From sequence record OQ828465.1: a stretch of 64,000 nt of DNA; one strand, written 5' to 3'. Positions 28,501 through 38,348 of this stretch are shown here, in pieces; position 1 is the stretch's first letter, and each line of letters begins with the position of its first letter. Under the pieces are notes generated by a model. That model had not been told where the DNA came from, did not search any database, and saw only the letters and a program-made list of their open reading frames with translations. Made by a program: the position numbers and the translations under genes.

Positions 28501-28808
28501 CATATAGCCTAAAATCAAGTACATTCACTGGTACAGCTTTAACTCTAACACCAGCTAACCAACAGTGCTATAGGGTTCAAACTGCTGCTAACCAAACCAT
28601 TACACTAGAGAATGGACCTGTTGATCGTATGATCACAGCTGTTCTTGTATTGCTTGGTAAGGTAGCTATGCCAACACTTTCTAGTGCAGTGTTACAATGG
28701 AACAATGGTACTCCAGTAATAGTAGATGACCTAGGTGATACTAAAACAGTTCTTACCCTCTTATGGGATGGTACTAACTGGATAGTTTCCAAAGGTGCTG
28801 TTATTTAA
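25527..28808 (+). CDS. gp146: Collagen-like long tail-fibre protein
   Basis: 1093 aa; several G-X-Y blocks (GPEGPQG) alternating with ~45-aa modules; C-terminal YVR..W repeats; TAATG coupling to gp145. Confidence 0.85.
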   Translation: MASAFEDYVNGELPKRVSSIDEPTSVVNGHIPVSTGVGLNTTFVDPVTIPGLKGEDGQPGKDGDQGPPGPVGPAINIIANVDLATFEQDIKPLDTHNVGDAWFVEDRLWVWESPLGNEDPPVKGRWVETGSLRGPDGTGLVIRGRWPNNLELPKTESNKPGDAYSWNNQLWAWMLISGNNPPENPTIDDYDWFPVTPQGERGPEGPEGPQGKDGEIGPEGPQGEPAMPFTIKDSLPSPADLPDPSVAKESEAYLVTMEAGKPEHLFIFVKGAWSDLGTFQGPEGPQGKPGNTGDPGPDGKQGEPGPQGRNLEVVKAVETADDLLTTTGVEQYQGVSVRSTNTVYVLTGQDPTVDISWTAMGSFRGPQGPEGPQGEDGDQGLPGEPGAQGKSAFQVALDNGFTGTEGEWLISLHGKNVVITGAVANEAALPADAPDQAAYFTQDTSTLFVKIDGNWVNSGTHRGPKGEDGAPGKDGDQGPEGPEGPEGPQGPAGEPIQIIAAIDTPEDTPPEALADNQWKAYTVKSTGEVFVNMDGSRWTSIGIMAGPQGKPGEGLNIKGVLTDASQLPKKDTDPDLVTGDSYWVETNEGTMLYTYQGQEIDGYIGPINLNGEQGIQGVEGPQGPEGKQGGGLLIIYVGDDAGKPVASADNVGKGIAIRTNTEGQVEVFVSIDTEGTFTWESLGVLAMGPQGPEGPEGKQGVPGIPGKTGQKGERGSSWVILPEGQTAPTSIDGNRGDWCIDKTGTVWYKDANWVVFYKLMSVPVSEVDPEDVDKKMVRYKLGWTELPVDEVVDAEVGVFYGRRKATADGAVEWTAIELPTPAIDAVPSPVVNAQYVRKGIAGGETEWATITFPEIPSDVVRDTAQATKPQGRVAGNWVDVAPLQTDDTLMGMQNGEWVAVPAAVIGEVPSEGANGTNYVREKTASGSKWTPVTIIVDQADATSGQLFLRNAAAKSWTLFQGPNNDVTADGDWLRSRTGTNITWKKLDKSFDAYSLKSSTFTGTALTLTPANQQCYRVQTAANQTITLENGPVDRMITAVLVLLGKVAMPTLSSAVLQWNNGTPVIVDDLGDTKTVLTLLWDGTNWIVSKGAVI

Positions 28809-28813
28809 AACGA

Positions 28814-28847
28814 CATATTGCCCTCCCTTCGGGGAGGGCTTTATTTT
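28814..28847 (+). terminator. Intrinsic terminator GCCCTCCC-TTCG-GGGAGGGC-TTTATTTT
   Basis: 8-bp GC stem, UUCG loop and U-tract after gp146. Confidence 0.85.
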
Positions 28848-28899
28848 GTCTTTTAAGGTTGATTCATTGTTAACCATGCCGTCATACCAGTTATATCTA

Positions 28900-28934
28900 A
28901 AAAAAGCATAGAAAGCCCTATTAGGGCTTTCTAT
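28900..28934 (-). terminator. Terminator of the gp150-gp147 run: 13-bp perfect inverted repeat ATAGAAAGCCCTA-T-TAGGGCTTTCTAT
   Basis: 28908-28934 palindrome followed on the - strand by GCTTTTTTT. Confidence 0.8.
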
Positions 28935-28940
28935 TGGGTA

Positions 28941-29657
28941 TCATGGCTTAAACATGGAAAAGTATTCAGCATCGATGAAATCAAAGTCGATATTAAGTTT
29001 ATGCTTTAACTGGAAATCCATGATAATAAACTGTTTATCTTCAACAGCTAATTCACTTACATCTTTCTCAAATAGCTTTGGACCAATAATAGTAAAGTCA
29101 GGCATCAACACTTGTCCTAATTCAAGAACATGGGTTTTACACCATTCTCCAAAATTATACATAATCGCCATTGAATAGATAGAGTTTAATCTAGAACAAG
29201 TAAGGTCTGTTAATGGAGTATTAATCAGGGTGATCTGAATATGATCACCAATGTACTTATGTAAGCAGTATAGTAATTCATCTTGAGCATCTGGTGTCAA
29301 TTCATATGGCCAGATATTGACTTCAAGACATGTTTCAAAATTAGCATTAACTATACCATCTAATCTATTCAAATCTGATTGGGCTATTAATTGAATAATA
29401 AATGGAATGATACCAGTGAATATAGAACTATTGATAGTGTCAGCAGTATTTTCACCACCACGTTTAGAATAAGCTTCGACAAATTGTTCATTAGTTACTA
29501 AACCATCTGTTAGTTTAGTCCAATCATCCATTTCCCTATGCCAGTAAATTTGACCATTGGTAACAAGCTTATTAGCTGCATCTTTATTTAGTAACCTAAT
29601 GGTTCCTAACCGTGTATCTAATAGTGAGTCAAGATCAATTAAGATTTTACGAAACAT
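28941..29657 (-). CDS. Hypothetical protein with a HAD-like N-terminal DxD motif (position of gp147)
   Basis: 238 aa; KILIDLDSLL resembles HAD motif I. Confidence 0.6.
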   Translation of the reverse strand: MFRKILIDLDSLLDTRLGTIRLLNKDAANKLVTNGQIYWHREMDDWTKLTDGLVTNEQFVEAYSKRGGENTADTINSSIFTGIIPFIIQLIAQSDLNRLDGIVNANFETCLEVNIWPYELTPDAQDELLYCLHKYIGDHIQITLINTPLTDLTCSRLNSIYSMAIMYNFGEWCKTHVLELGQVLMPDFTIIGPKLFEKDVSELAVEDKQFIIMDFQLKHKLNIDFDFIDAEYFSMFKP

Positions 29658-30153
29658 TATTATTTACCGCCTTCTTTTTAGATGGCTTAGCTTGAACTGG
29701 GATAGATTCAACCATATTAGTAATATAACGGATATTTAAACATTGGCAAATAATCCAAACTAACCAATCATTTTGGTATAAAATGTCAGTTAATTCTTTT
29801 CGTGGAATTAATCGCGCTAACATTTCTTGGTCAACAATAGTTGAATTAGGCTGATAAGGATAAATAGAATCAGCTAGTAATTTCACCACACCATCCCAAT
29901 CATTAACAGCCATCTTAAATCGACTAACTAAACTTAAGATAGGTTGAAGACGATTACCTTTATTACGGAATAAATTCCAGATATCCCTAATAACTGTTTT
30001 ATCAGCAATGTGATACCAATGAGTATTGGTACTCCAGTTATTTAGTAAATCCAAAATATCCGCAATGATTTCAGCACTGTATCCATTTACTAACTCAGTA
30101 TTAGATACAATTAAAGCTTCGCACATATCTTCATAAATCTGGCGATTATTCAT
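29647..30153 (-). CDS. Hypothetical protein (position of gp148)
   Basis: 168-aa ORF coupled to its neighbours. Confidence 0.8.
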   Translation of the reverse strand: MNNRQIYEDMCEALIVSNTELVNGYSAEIIADILDLLNNWSTNTHWYHIADKTVIRDIWNLFRNKGNRLQPILSLVSRFKMAVNDWDGVVKLLADSIYPYQPNSTIVDQEMLARLIPRKELTDILYQNDWLVWIICQCLNIRYITNMVESIPVQAKPSKKKAVNNNVS

Positions 30154-30155
30154 AA

Positions 30156-30830
30156 TTACACCAAGTTATTTTGTAGCATCATGCCTTTTAGATAACATGC
30201 AAATGTTTTATTAGATTGCACAGTAGTATCATAAGTGGACATGATGGAATCAACAGAAGCACTACCAGTTTCGATAATAGAGCGGTTCATTGCATTATAC
30301 GCCTTCTGGTCGCCACCACGCAGTTTCATGAATTCGATCATGGAATAACGGAGACCTTTTGAAGCGTTAACTTGAATCTCTGGTGCAGACATACGGGATC
30401 CTTTAGAATCACCAGTTACCTGCCCTGACCTCTGGTCAATCACGTGACTAGAACCTGGAATACTTTTCTTTTTCTCAAGCATTTGTACTTGACGACGGAT
30501 TGGTATTAAACCAACTAAATGTTTATTAGCAGTTCGATATACCTGGCCAGTACCTGGATCAGTTAAAATGATGTGTTGGAATAAATTATGACCAATCGCT
30601 TTAGCAACTTTATAATTTTGCTTAATAGTTAATTTAGGCTTAGTGCATAAGTTAGGAGCATATAATGCCAACATCTCTTCACCAGAATCTAACTTATTAA
30701 TCCACTCCTCAAATTCCTCATCATTCATTCGTGCAAACATTTCTTTATAGATATCAACATTACTACTACCAGGTAGAAACATGTCAATAATCCATAGGCA
30801 TTCTTTTTCTACCAATTCTCGTTTAGTCAT
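30156..30830 (-). CDS. gp149: Virion RNA polymerase beta-subunit C-terminal fragment
   Basis: 224 aa; GDSKGSRMSAPEIQVNASKG corresponds to the beta GGQRFGEMEVWAL region; completes gp178. Confidence 0.85.
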   Translation of the reverse strand: MTKRELVEKECLWIIDMFLPGSSNVDIYKEMFARMNDEEFEEWINKLDSGEEMLALYAPNLCTKPKLTIKQNYKVAKAIGHNLFQHIILTDPGTGQVYRTANKHLVGLIPIRRQVQMLEKKKSIPGSSHVIDQRSGQVTGDSKGSRMSAPEIQVNASKGLRYSMIEFMKLRGGDQKAYNAMNRSIIETGSASVDSIMSTYDTTVQSNKTFACYLKGMMLQNNLV

Positions 30831-30862
30831 GGTAATTTCCTTTAAGGTTGTTTAACATACCA

Positions 30863-31183
30863 TTAGCTTGAGCGAGATACCCCTTGATAGACAGGTATTG
30901 AATTCTGGTCAGTACATGGAGGTAACCTGTGCCTCTTAAGAATTGGTAATATGTTGGCTAGAAAATTAGCATACCATACTTCAAAGGTGACTGAATCATC
31001 AATGGTGGTTCTAGCTGTCAATGTCTGACTAGGGTATTGAGCTAATAGTTGCTGAAAGCAAGCTGATAAAGTGGGTACGTCTGTACACACTGGTAATCGA
31101 CGTAATAGATCTTCTGATAGTTCAACATCAAACATTCGTAGACGTTGACAAAGTGTTAAACGATAATCTTCTGTAGTTTTCAT
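30863..31183 (-). CDS. Hypothetical protein (position of gp150)
   Basis: 106-aa ORF with AAGGA RBS. Confidence 0.75.
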   Translation of the reverse strand: MKTTEDYRLTLCQRLRMFDVELSEDLLRRLPVCTDVPTLSACFQQLLAQYPSQTLTARTTIDDSVTFEVWYANFLANILPILKRHRLPPCTDQNSIPVYQGVSRSS

Positions 31184-31206
31184 TATAGTTCCTTAGGGTC
31201 TTTATT

Positions 31207-31557
31207 TTACTTTGATATCTCACCACAGTAAATGACCTCTGTTTTTGTTTCAAGCCATTCTACTAATAAATGCCGGTGACAGAAATTACCAGCGCGACAA
31301 TAACAACCTAATGCTACTTCCTCTAATTGGAAGAACCATTTAAAGAATTCTGGATTATCAATCAATGATTGCTCTAACATACTGAGATATGCTTCAGTGT
31401 ATTCATCACTTGATATAATTCCTTTCTTATGTCCCATAACCATTAACCACGTAGGTGCGAGTTGATATGCACCTGATTTAACAGTTATGTCTAGCGGTTT
31501 TATTCCTTTCTCTATAACTAACTTATATTTAGCTATCTGATAAGTGTAAACATTCAT
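31207..31557 (-). CDS. DUF488-like protein (position of gp151)
   Basis: LDITVKS, LAPTW and VALGCYC...FCHRHLL motifs typical of DUF488-type proteins. Confidence 0.6.
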   Translation of the reverse strand: MNVYTYQIAKYKLVIEKGIKPLDITVKSGAYQLAPTWLMVMGHKKGIISSDEYTEAYLSMLEQSLIDNPEFFKWFFQLEEVALGCYCRAGNFCHRHLLVEWLETKTEVIYCGEISK

Positions 31558-31570
31558 ATACCAAACCTGA

Positions 31571-31602
31571 CATAACTAGGGATCTTATTGACCCCTAGTT
31601 AT
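31571..31602 (-). terminator. Hairpin ATAACTAGGG..CCCTAGTTAT followed by TTATG on the - strand
   Basis: 10-bp stem between gp152 and gp151. Confidence 0.6.
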
Positions 31603-31633
31603 TTTAAAACTGGCGATAACATCTATACTAACA

Positions 31634-33073
31634 TTAAGCTTTTGCTTTAGCTAGTTCAAGAGGTACAATTTTAGCTTTTTCTTCGTCAGTCATCCAGTAT
31701 GGTTTATATTCACTTTTACGCATGCGTAGTAGGTCATACGTGGATAGGAATTTTTTATCACTAAATTGTTCGTCTTCTTCGAACATCCAATAGCCACGGG
31801 TATTATTAAGAATAATATTCCAATCATAACCCATTACTTTAAGATCAGCATATAGTTCGGCTGGAGTTACTACATAATCTCCAAGATTCCAACGTTGGAA
31901 TTGAATTAATTGTAGCATTTCAGATTGGATTTCAACAGCTCGTTGTAGAGCAGGGTTATCCATCAATTTCTTACGAACAGTGGTTCGGCTTAGTTTGATA
32001 TCAGGACATAGCTCAACGAAGTAGTTAATGTTATTACCACCAATCCCCCAATCATTTTCACGGCAATAATGGAATTCCGATAGTGATGGAAGAATACCTT
32101 CAGTCTGTGAAACAATGAGATGGAATGGTAGACCAGTAATTCCACCTTTACCACGTAAGTTAATAACTTCTAGAATACGTAGATCTGTATCGCCTTCAAT
32201 AGCAGTTGAATTGTCAATTGGATATAAAGGCATTTTTTCTTTATTGACTAACGGTTTATTAGATTCAATAGAAAACACATTATTCGGCAGAGAGTAGAAA
32301 CCACCTGATACCCCTTTAAGAACCGTATCCTTCTTCATATGCGATAGATTACGTTTATCAGTAGGGTACATCTCAATTTGAATAATATCTCCAACGTGTG
32401 CAGTGAGAATCATGTATGTACTGGTTTTAGCACAGATCTGCGGCAGTTGGTTAAATAACTGATTCTTGGCTTTACCATTAGTCATCGCATCAGTGTTTAC
32501 TTTAGAATCACCGATAGCATTTTTAGCATACATTTCAGACACAGCTGAGACAATGAACTTTGAGAAACTATCAATGAATCCACCAGTTGGGTACAGTGCT
32601 TTCTTATTGTTACCATTCACATCAAGAAATGGGGTAGTGCGTAGATAATCTTTTTCAGCTTTCTCTTTTTCAGATAATGCATCTCGGAAGATTTTGAACC
32701 ACTCATCCCCAGTATAACGAGATAAGTCAGTAAACATGTATTGCTCATCATTTTCCCAATCGATAGCAGCTAGCTCAGGATAAGCTTGTGCTAAAGATGT
32801 AAATCGAGCACCTGGGTTTAATGTACCTTCTGTATCGTAAGTCATTGCATGTGCACCGGGGAAAGCACGGCGCATCATTGCCATGAGGTAGATACCTAAT
32901 GCAGTTTTAAAATTGTTAGGTCGTGAAGCAATACCAGTTAGTGATCCCATACCACCATTTAGAATCATTTCACCATGCTTACCTTGTTCATACTTACCAG
33001 TTGAAATGTCCATAAGGCATCCGATGTTAAGAGCCGGTCGGAAAGCTGGACGTTCGAAATGTTTACCAAACAT
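31634..33073 (-). CDS. gp152: RecA/UvsX-like recombinase
   Basis: 479 aa; variant Walker A (GIASRPNNFKT), YDTEG, Walker B (GGFIDS), ILTAHV. Confidence 0.8.
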   Translation of the reverse strand: MFGKHFERPAFRPALNIGCLMDISTGKYEQGKHGEMILNGGMGSLTGIASRPNNFKTALGIYLMAMMRRAFPGAHAMTYDTEGTLNPGARFTSLAQAYPELAAIDWENDEQYMFTDLSRYTGDEWFKIFRDALSEKEKAEKDYLRTTPFLDVNGNNKKALYPTGGFIDSFSKFIVSAVSEMYAKNAIGDSKVNTDAMTNGKAKNQLFNQLPQICAKTSTYMILTAHVGDIIQIEMYPTDKRNLSHMKKDTVLKGVSGGFYSLPNNVFSIESNKPLVNKEKMPLYPIDNSTAIEGDTDLRILEVINLRGKGGITGLPFHLIVSQTEGILPSLSEFHYCRENDWGIGGNNINYFVELCPDIKLSRTTVRKKLMDNPALQRAVEIQSEMLQLIQFQRWNLGDYVVTPAELYADLKVMGYDWNIILNNTRGYWMFEEDEQFSDKKFLSTYDLLRMRKSEYKPYWMTDEEKAKIVPLELAKAKA

Positions 33074-33170
33074 GTTGACTCCATTTTTTAAGTTAAACAG
33101 TCAATTAATTGATTTGGAGAGTAATTTTATGTCTACATATTCAACAATCCTTGCGCAAGGAAATTAAGAC

Positions 33171-34085
33171 ATGTTTAACATCCATAAATACGCTAAAAGT
33201 ATTTCACTAGAAAATGATTGTCAGGATCTAATTGAATCTGATAATATTGTTAATGATGATATTAGTTTAGTACAAGTTGATCCAAAACAACAGCTTGTAG
33301 ATATTACTGAGACTATTTCTCAAGAAGCTAATTTCGCAACAAACGCTATTAACATTATCAATAAACGCGGTGCTAATTTTGCTATCGCTGCTCGTAATGC
33401 ATTTACGTCGATGACTAACTGGAGTAATCAAATTATTCCTGAGTTCCATCCAGCGCAGATGCGCCATTTAGTTTCACACATTGATTATTTAGAAGTAGCA
33501 AATACAATCGTGCCACAACCAGTTGGTTTTAATGGTGAGATTCCAGACTATGTTGATTATCTATTAACAGAAGCTAAGGAAATGGCCACTATTATTCCAG
33601 CGGTATTAGACCCGGTTAAAGCACAACTTGGATATTATCTACAACAGCGTGCTGATCGAATGGATAAGCGTGGCTTTGCTAATTCATTTGCAATGGCATC
33701 GATCAATGATCTTGCTAAAGATGCTTCTTTCTATGACAGTGACAACCGGTCAAGTACAGCTGAGTTTGGTAAGCTTTACCCATCATTAAATTCATTTGTT
33801 GACGCAACAAAGAAAATGAACGATATTCGTAGCATTTTATCACGGGTTCGTCCAAATGATGTAAAACGTGCTTCAGAAGCGCTTAGTCAATTAATTGATA
33901 GCTTTATGGAGGATGTTAAGGATAGTAACTCTGACACCTCTCCAGAGCTATTACAGACATTAATTGAAGGGGTTACATGGGCAGCAGACCATGTTGAACG
34001 TTATTCAACACTCTTTACCAAGATTGTTGAGACTGCAAACACAATGAAAGCCACTGAAGATATTCTTCGTGAAATCATTGGATAA
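33171..34085 (+). CDS. Virion head protein processed by the prohead protease (position of gp153)
   Basis: 304 aa; N-terminal SISLE motif; AAGGA RBS. Confidence 0.7.
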   Translation: MFNIHKYAKSISLENDCQDLIESDNIVNDDISLVQVDPKQQLVDITETISQEANFATNAINIINKRGANFAIAARNAFTSMTNWSNQIIPEFHPAQMRHLVSHIDYLEVANTIVPQPVGFNGEIPDYVDYLLTEAKEMATIIPAVLDPVKAQLGYYLQQRADRMDKRGFANSFAMASINDLAKDASFYDSDNRSSTAEFGKLYPSLNSFVDATKKMNDIRSILSRVRPNDVKRASEALSQLIDSFMEDVKDSNSDTSPELLQTLIEGVTWAADHVERYSTLFTKIVETANTMKATEDILREIIG

Positions 34086-34121
34086 CAGCATAAGCCCTCT
34101 CCCAAAGGAGAGGGCATTATG
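34084..34121. terminator. Bidirectional element AACAGCATAA-GCCCTCTCC-CAAA-GGAGAGGGC-ATTATG
   Basis: Between convergent stops 34085 and 34131. Confidence 0.8.
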
Positions 34122-34130
34122 TCGTACCAA

Positions 34131-34550
34131 TCAATTTGGAATACACTTCTCATGTAAACTTAATTTAAAGAGGGTTTTTAAATCCTTTAAAAAAGTTGCA
34201 TCATCAGCATATTTCATCCAACACGGAGTCTTACGAATAAGCCTCATGAAAAATTGATCAGTGGTTAGATCTGCTTTATCAATCTTATCGATTGCTATCA
34301 CGCCTTTCCATACGTACGGCCCATAATGAATAGGGAGTCGTAAGGCAGCTTCATCGCGTACTAGTTTCATGTTAGAATTCAAATGAGAGATCTTTTCACA
34401 CTCATTTGTCTTACACTGTACTATAACGGAGTACAGTGACGCCATGACGCACATCCGCTTTAGTTCGGGATCAGCATAGTCCCAGAGCTTAATCCAAATT
34501 GCCCTGAAACCATTCTTAACCGACTTTTTGAATCTGCTAATAAGGTTCAT
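34131..34550 (-). CDS. Hypothetical protein (position of gp154)
   Basis: ORF; start MNLISRF at 34550 chosen to avoid overlap with gp155. Confidence 0.7.
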   Translation of the reverse strand: MNLISRFKKSVKNGFRAIWIKLWDYADPELKRMCVMASLYSVIVQCKTNECEKISHLNSNMKLVRDEAALRLPIHYGPYVWKGVIAIDKIDKADLTTDQFFMRLIRKTPCWMKYADDATFLKDLKTLFKLSLHEKCIPN

Positions 34551-34560
34551 GGAATACCCA

Positions 34561-36009
34561 CTATTTTGGGAGAATAAATTGTGTATAGGGTGATTGATAA
34601 ATAGCTGAACCATCATCAGTCACGAACACAATTGAATATGAATAAGAATATGGGCCTTCAGCTACTACAAGAATTTCCATTTTAACTTTATTAGCTCCAA
34701 TACGAGCTAATTGGTTTCTACTTGGAATATCGATATTTAATACAAGCTTTAATTTTATCTTACGATCTTTAAATGTGATCGGAACTTCTACAAAGCCTGT
34801 ATTAGATGTAATCGTCTTAAGTAGTTGATAGCCAACTTTCTTACCCTTTGCGACTTCCTCGAAGAAGTGCTCGGTAATATCAATAATACCAACCGACTCT
34901 CCAAGTTTACCAGCCAAGTAATCTTCAAGACGACTGCGCATAACATTAAATGTAGCTACAGCGTCATTTGCCATACGTGGTGGATTAAGAGTCCGACTAA
35001 TGAGTTCATCTGTTGGCGTCGACAAAACATTGATATCTTTCCATACGACTAGAGCAGGTAGTCCCATGGATTCAATTTTCTGTCGAATGGTTGCACGGTA
35101 TGCGTTTGCCAAATTGATGATACCCAGTTCTGGATTTTCAGTACCCAGTGCTTCTGTATGCATATTAATTAGTAACTGGAGATACTCATCTGGCTCATTT
35201 GCCTTATATACACTGAAGGTTGCTTCAGAGATACGACGCCCTAAAATTAAATCAGCTTTAGCTAATTTATCTTTAGCAGTGTCTTTTGGTTTATGACCAT
35301 AGTTATGCATACGACCTAAATTATAGGTGTAATAGAACCCATCTGGTTCTTCTCCAGAGTTAATGGCGAAGAGTAACCTACTTTCGAGGATAAGTGGATT
35401 AACAACTTGTTTTTTAAGTTTGTTAATTTCTTCGCCTTTAACCGAAACCATCACTGGCTTATCATTATTCTGTCCCGAACCAAGCTTAGCATTAGCATCA
35501 GCTTTTTCATTACCAATGTCTCCGTTATGTCCACGGACCCATTGGATGCTTAATGGTTTATTAGTTTCTTCCCATTTAGCTTTTAGTTCGACCATCTGTT
35601 TCCATAGGTCCTGGTTTGCTACCGGCGTGCCGTCTGATTTAATCCAATTAGACTTAATCCATTTGGGTAAATATGCGGTCATACCTTTTCTAACGTATTC
35701 ACTATCCATGAGCATCGTTAGTCTAGGAGCATCTGCTTCATGAGCTATTTTGAAAGCCTCAATTGCAGCGGTTAGCTCACCTGTATTATTAGTAGGGTTA
35801 TTAGTTACACTACCAAATGCATCAATATAATTTAAAACAGTGCATGTCTCATCTGCACCTACATCTAAGTATCCCTTAGCTGTTGGTTGCTGTTTGGTGG
35901 CTGCTTTAGATTTCATTGCAACATTTTCATAGGTATAACCATGAATACCCCAACCAGCTTTACCCTGTCGGAATGATCCGTCAGTGTATAAAACCATACC
36001 GTCTGCCAT
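34561..36009 (-). CDS. gp155: RNase HI-like protein with a long C-terminal extension
   Basis: LYTDGS, TNNTGEL, MDSEYV, VANQDLW, WVRGH..DIGNEKAD: complete RNase HI D-E-D-D set. Confidence 0.92.
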   Translation of the reverse strand: MADGMVLYTDGSFRQGKAGWGIHGYTYENVAMKSKAATKQQPTAKGYLDVGADETCTVLNYIDAFGSVTNNPTNNTGELTAAIEAFKIAHEADAPRLTMLMDSEYVRKGMTAYLPKWIKSNWIKSDGTPVANQDLWKQMVELKAKWEETNKPLSIQWVRGHNGDIGNEKADANAKLGSGQNNDKPVMVSVKGEEINKLKKQVVNPLILESRLLFAINSGEEPDGFYYTYNLGRMHNYGHKPKDTAKDKLAKADLILGRRISEATFSVYKANEPDEYLQLLINMHTEALGTENPELGIINLANAYRATIRQKIESMGLPALVVWKDINVLSTPTDELISRTLNPPRMANDAVATFNVMRSRLEDYLAGKLGESVGIIDITEHFFEEVAKGKKVGYQLLKTITSNTGFVEVPITFKDRKIKLKLVLNIDIPSRNQLARIGANKVKMEILVVAEGPYSYSYSIVFVTDDGSAIYQSPYTQFILPK

Positions 36010-36064
36010 TATTGTTTCCTCATGTGATCGATTACTAAACTAGATAATAATTCTAGCAAGTAAA

Positions 36065-36466
36065 TTACTCATCACACTTTGCACGCCATTCTTCATATGC
36101 TTGCTCAATTTTAGCGCGCTCAGATACAATATGTGACTTTAATTCTTTTATATAGTCAGTCAACAAGATATCGATTTGTTCCGGAGTTTCTATAAACTCT
36201 GTAATAATCGGTGTTGGCGGTACCGGTTTCTTTCTTGGTAGTTCGAAAACCATACACTTCTTACTAGTATCCTTACTATATTTTTTAGGTGTAGGCAGAA
36301 CTTTTTGTATTACCTCTTCTTTAGTTGTAACAACAGATGTATGATCATCTGTAGAAGAGGAGTGTTCATATTGGACCACAGTCGTGTTGTGCGTGTGGTA
36401 CTCATGTGGCGTATAAACACAGCCACTTATAAGTGGTAGGAGTATTAGAAAGAACTTTCTTGACAT
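36065..36466 (-). CDS. Lipoprotein, o-spanin-like (position of gp156)
   Basis: MSRKFFLILLPLISG-C lipobox; Pro-rich ELPRKKPVPPTP; two further Cys; helical C-terminus. Confidence 0.7.
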   Translation of the reverse strand: MSRKFFLILLPLISGCVYTPHEYHTHNTTVVQYEHSSSTDDHTSVVTTKEEVIQKVLPTPKKYSKDTSKKCMVFELPRKKPVPPTPIITEFIETPEQIDILLTDYIKELKSHIVSERAKIEQAYEEWRAKCDE

Positions 36467-36486
36467 GTGATCCACCAATTTGGTAC

Positions 36487-36777
36487 TTACTTTAGCAAGT
36501 CATTTAAACGACGGCGGCGCTCAAGCATTTCAGCCTTCTCAGGCGTCATTTTCTTGAGTCGATCCATTTCGGCTTTAACGGCCCAGTTGCTTGCTTTAAC
36601 TGACTTCAACTCACTAGTCACTATGAATAAGGTACCTAGTAATATTACGACTAGGATCAACATCGCCGTGACGTGTTTGTTTTCCAGCAACACTTCCTTA
36701 ATAGTTCTATCACCAAAGATAGCCCTCTTAAGGAATGGCCAAACGAAGAGCAAGGCTTTAATAGTCAAACCGAGCAT
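36487..36777 (-). CDS. Small membrane protein with coiled-coil tail, i-spanin-like
   Basis: TM MLILVVILLGTLFIV followed by a charged coiled-coil; AGAGG RBS; directly upstream of the lipoprotein. Confidence 0.65.
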   Translation of the reverse strand: MLGLTIKALLFVWPFLKRAIFGDRTIKEVLLENKHVTAMLILVVILLGTLFIVTSELKSVKASNWAVKAEMDRLKKMTPEKAEMLERRRRLNDLLK

Positions 36778-36952
36778 GATGACCTCTGTTAGTACTATGC
36801 CTACCCATAAAAGCCAGTATTGGCATTTCTATCAATAGACTGTTACAAGGGTATTACGTAAAGCTCATAATACCAGACTTTTTATTTTAACACAACTAGA
36901 ACAGACTGATTTTATAGATGGAAACCCATCGCGCTCTAATTATGAGGATTAA

Positions 36953-38293
<1,341 letters not shown>

Positions 38294-38295
38294 TG

Positions 38296-38330
38296 CATAA
38301 ATGAGAGAGGGCAAAGGCCCTCTCTTATAT
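38296..38330 (+). terminator. Hairpin GAGAGGGC-AAAG-GCCCTCTC-TTATAT
   Basis: 8-bp stem after gp157. Confidence 0.7.
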
Positions 38331-38348
38331 TAATCTAAAGGTGGCGCA

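Noticed and set aside
26011-28792. Many alternative-frame and antisense ORFs over gp146 (e.g. 26189-26548, 26954-27241, 27431-27619)
   Set aside because: By-products of GGN-CCN collagen codons, which suppress stops in other frames; no RBS or independent features.
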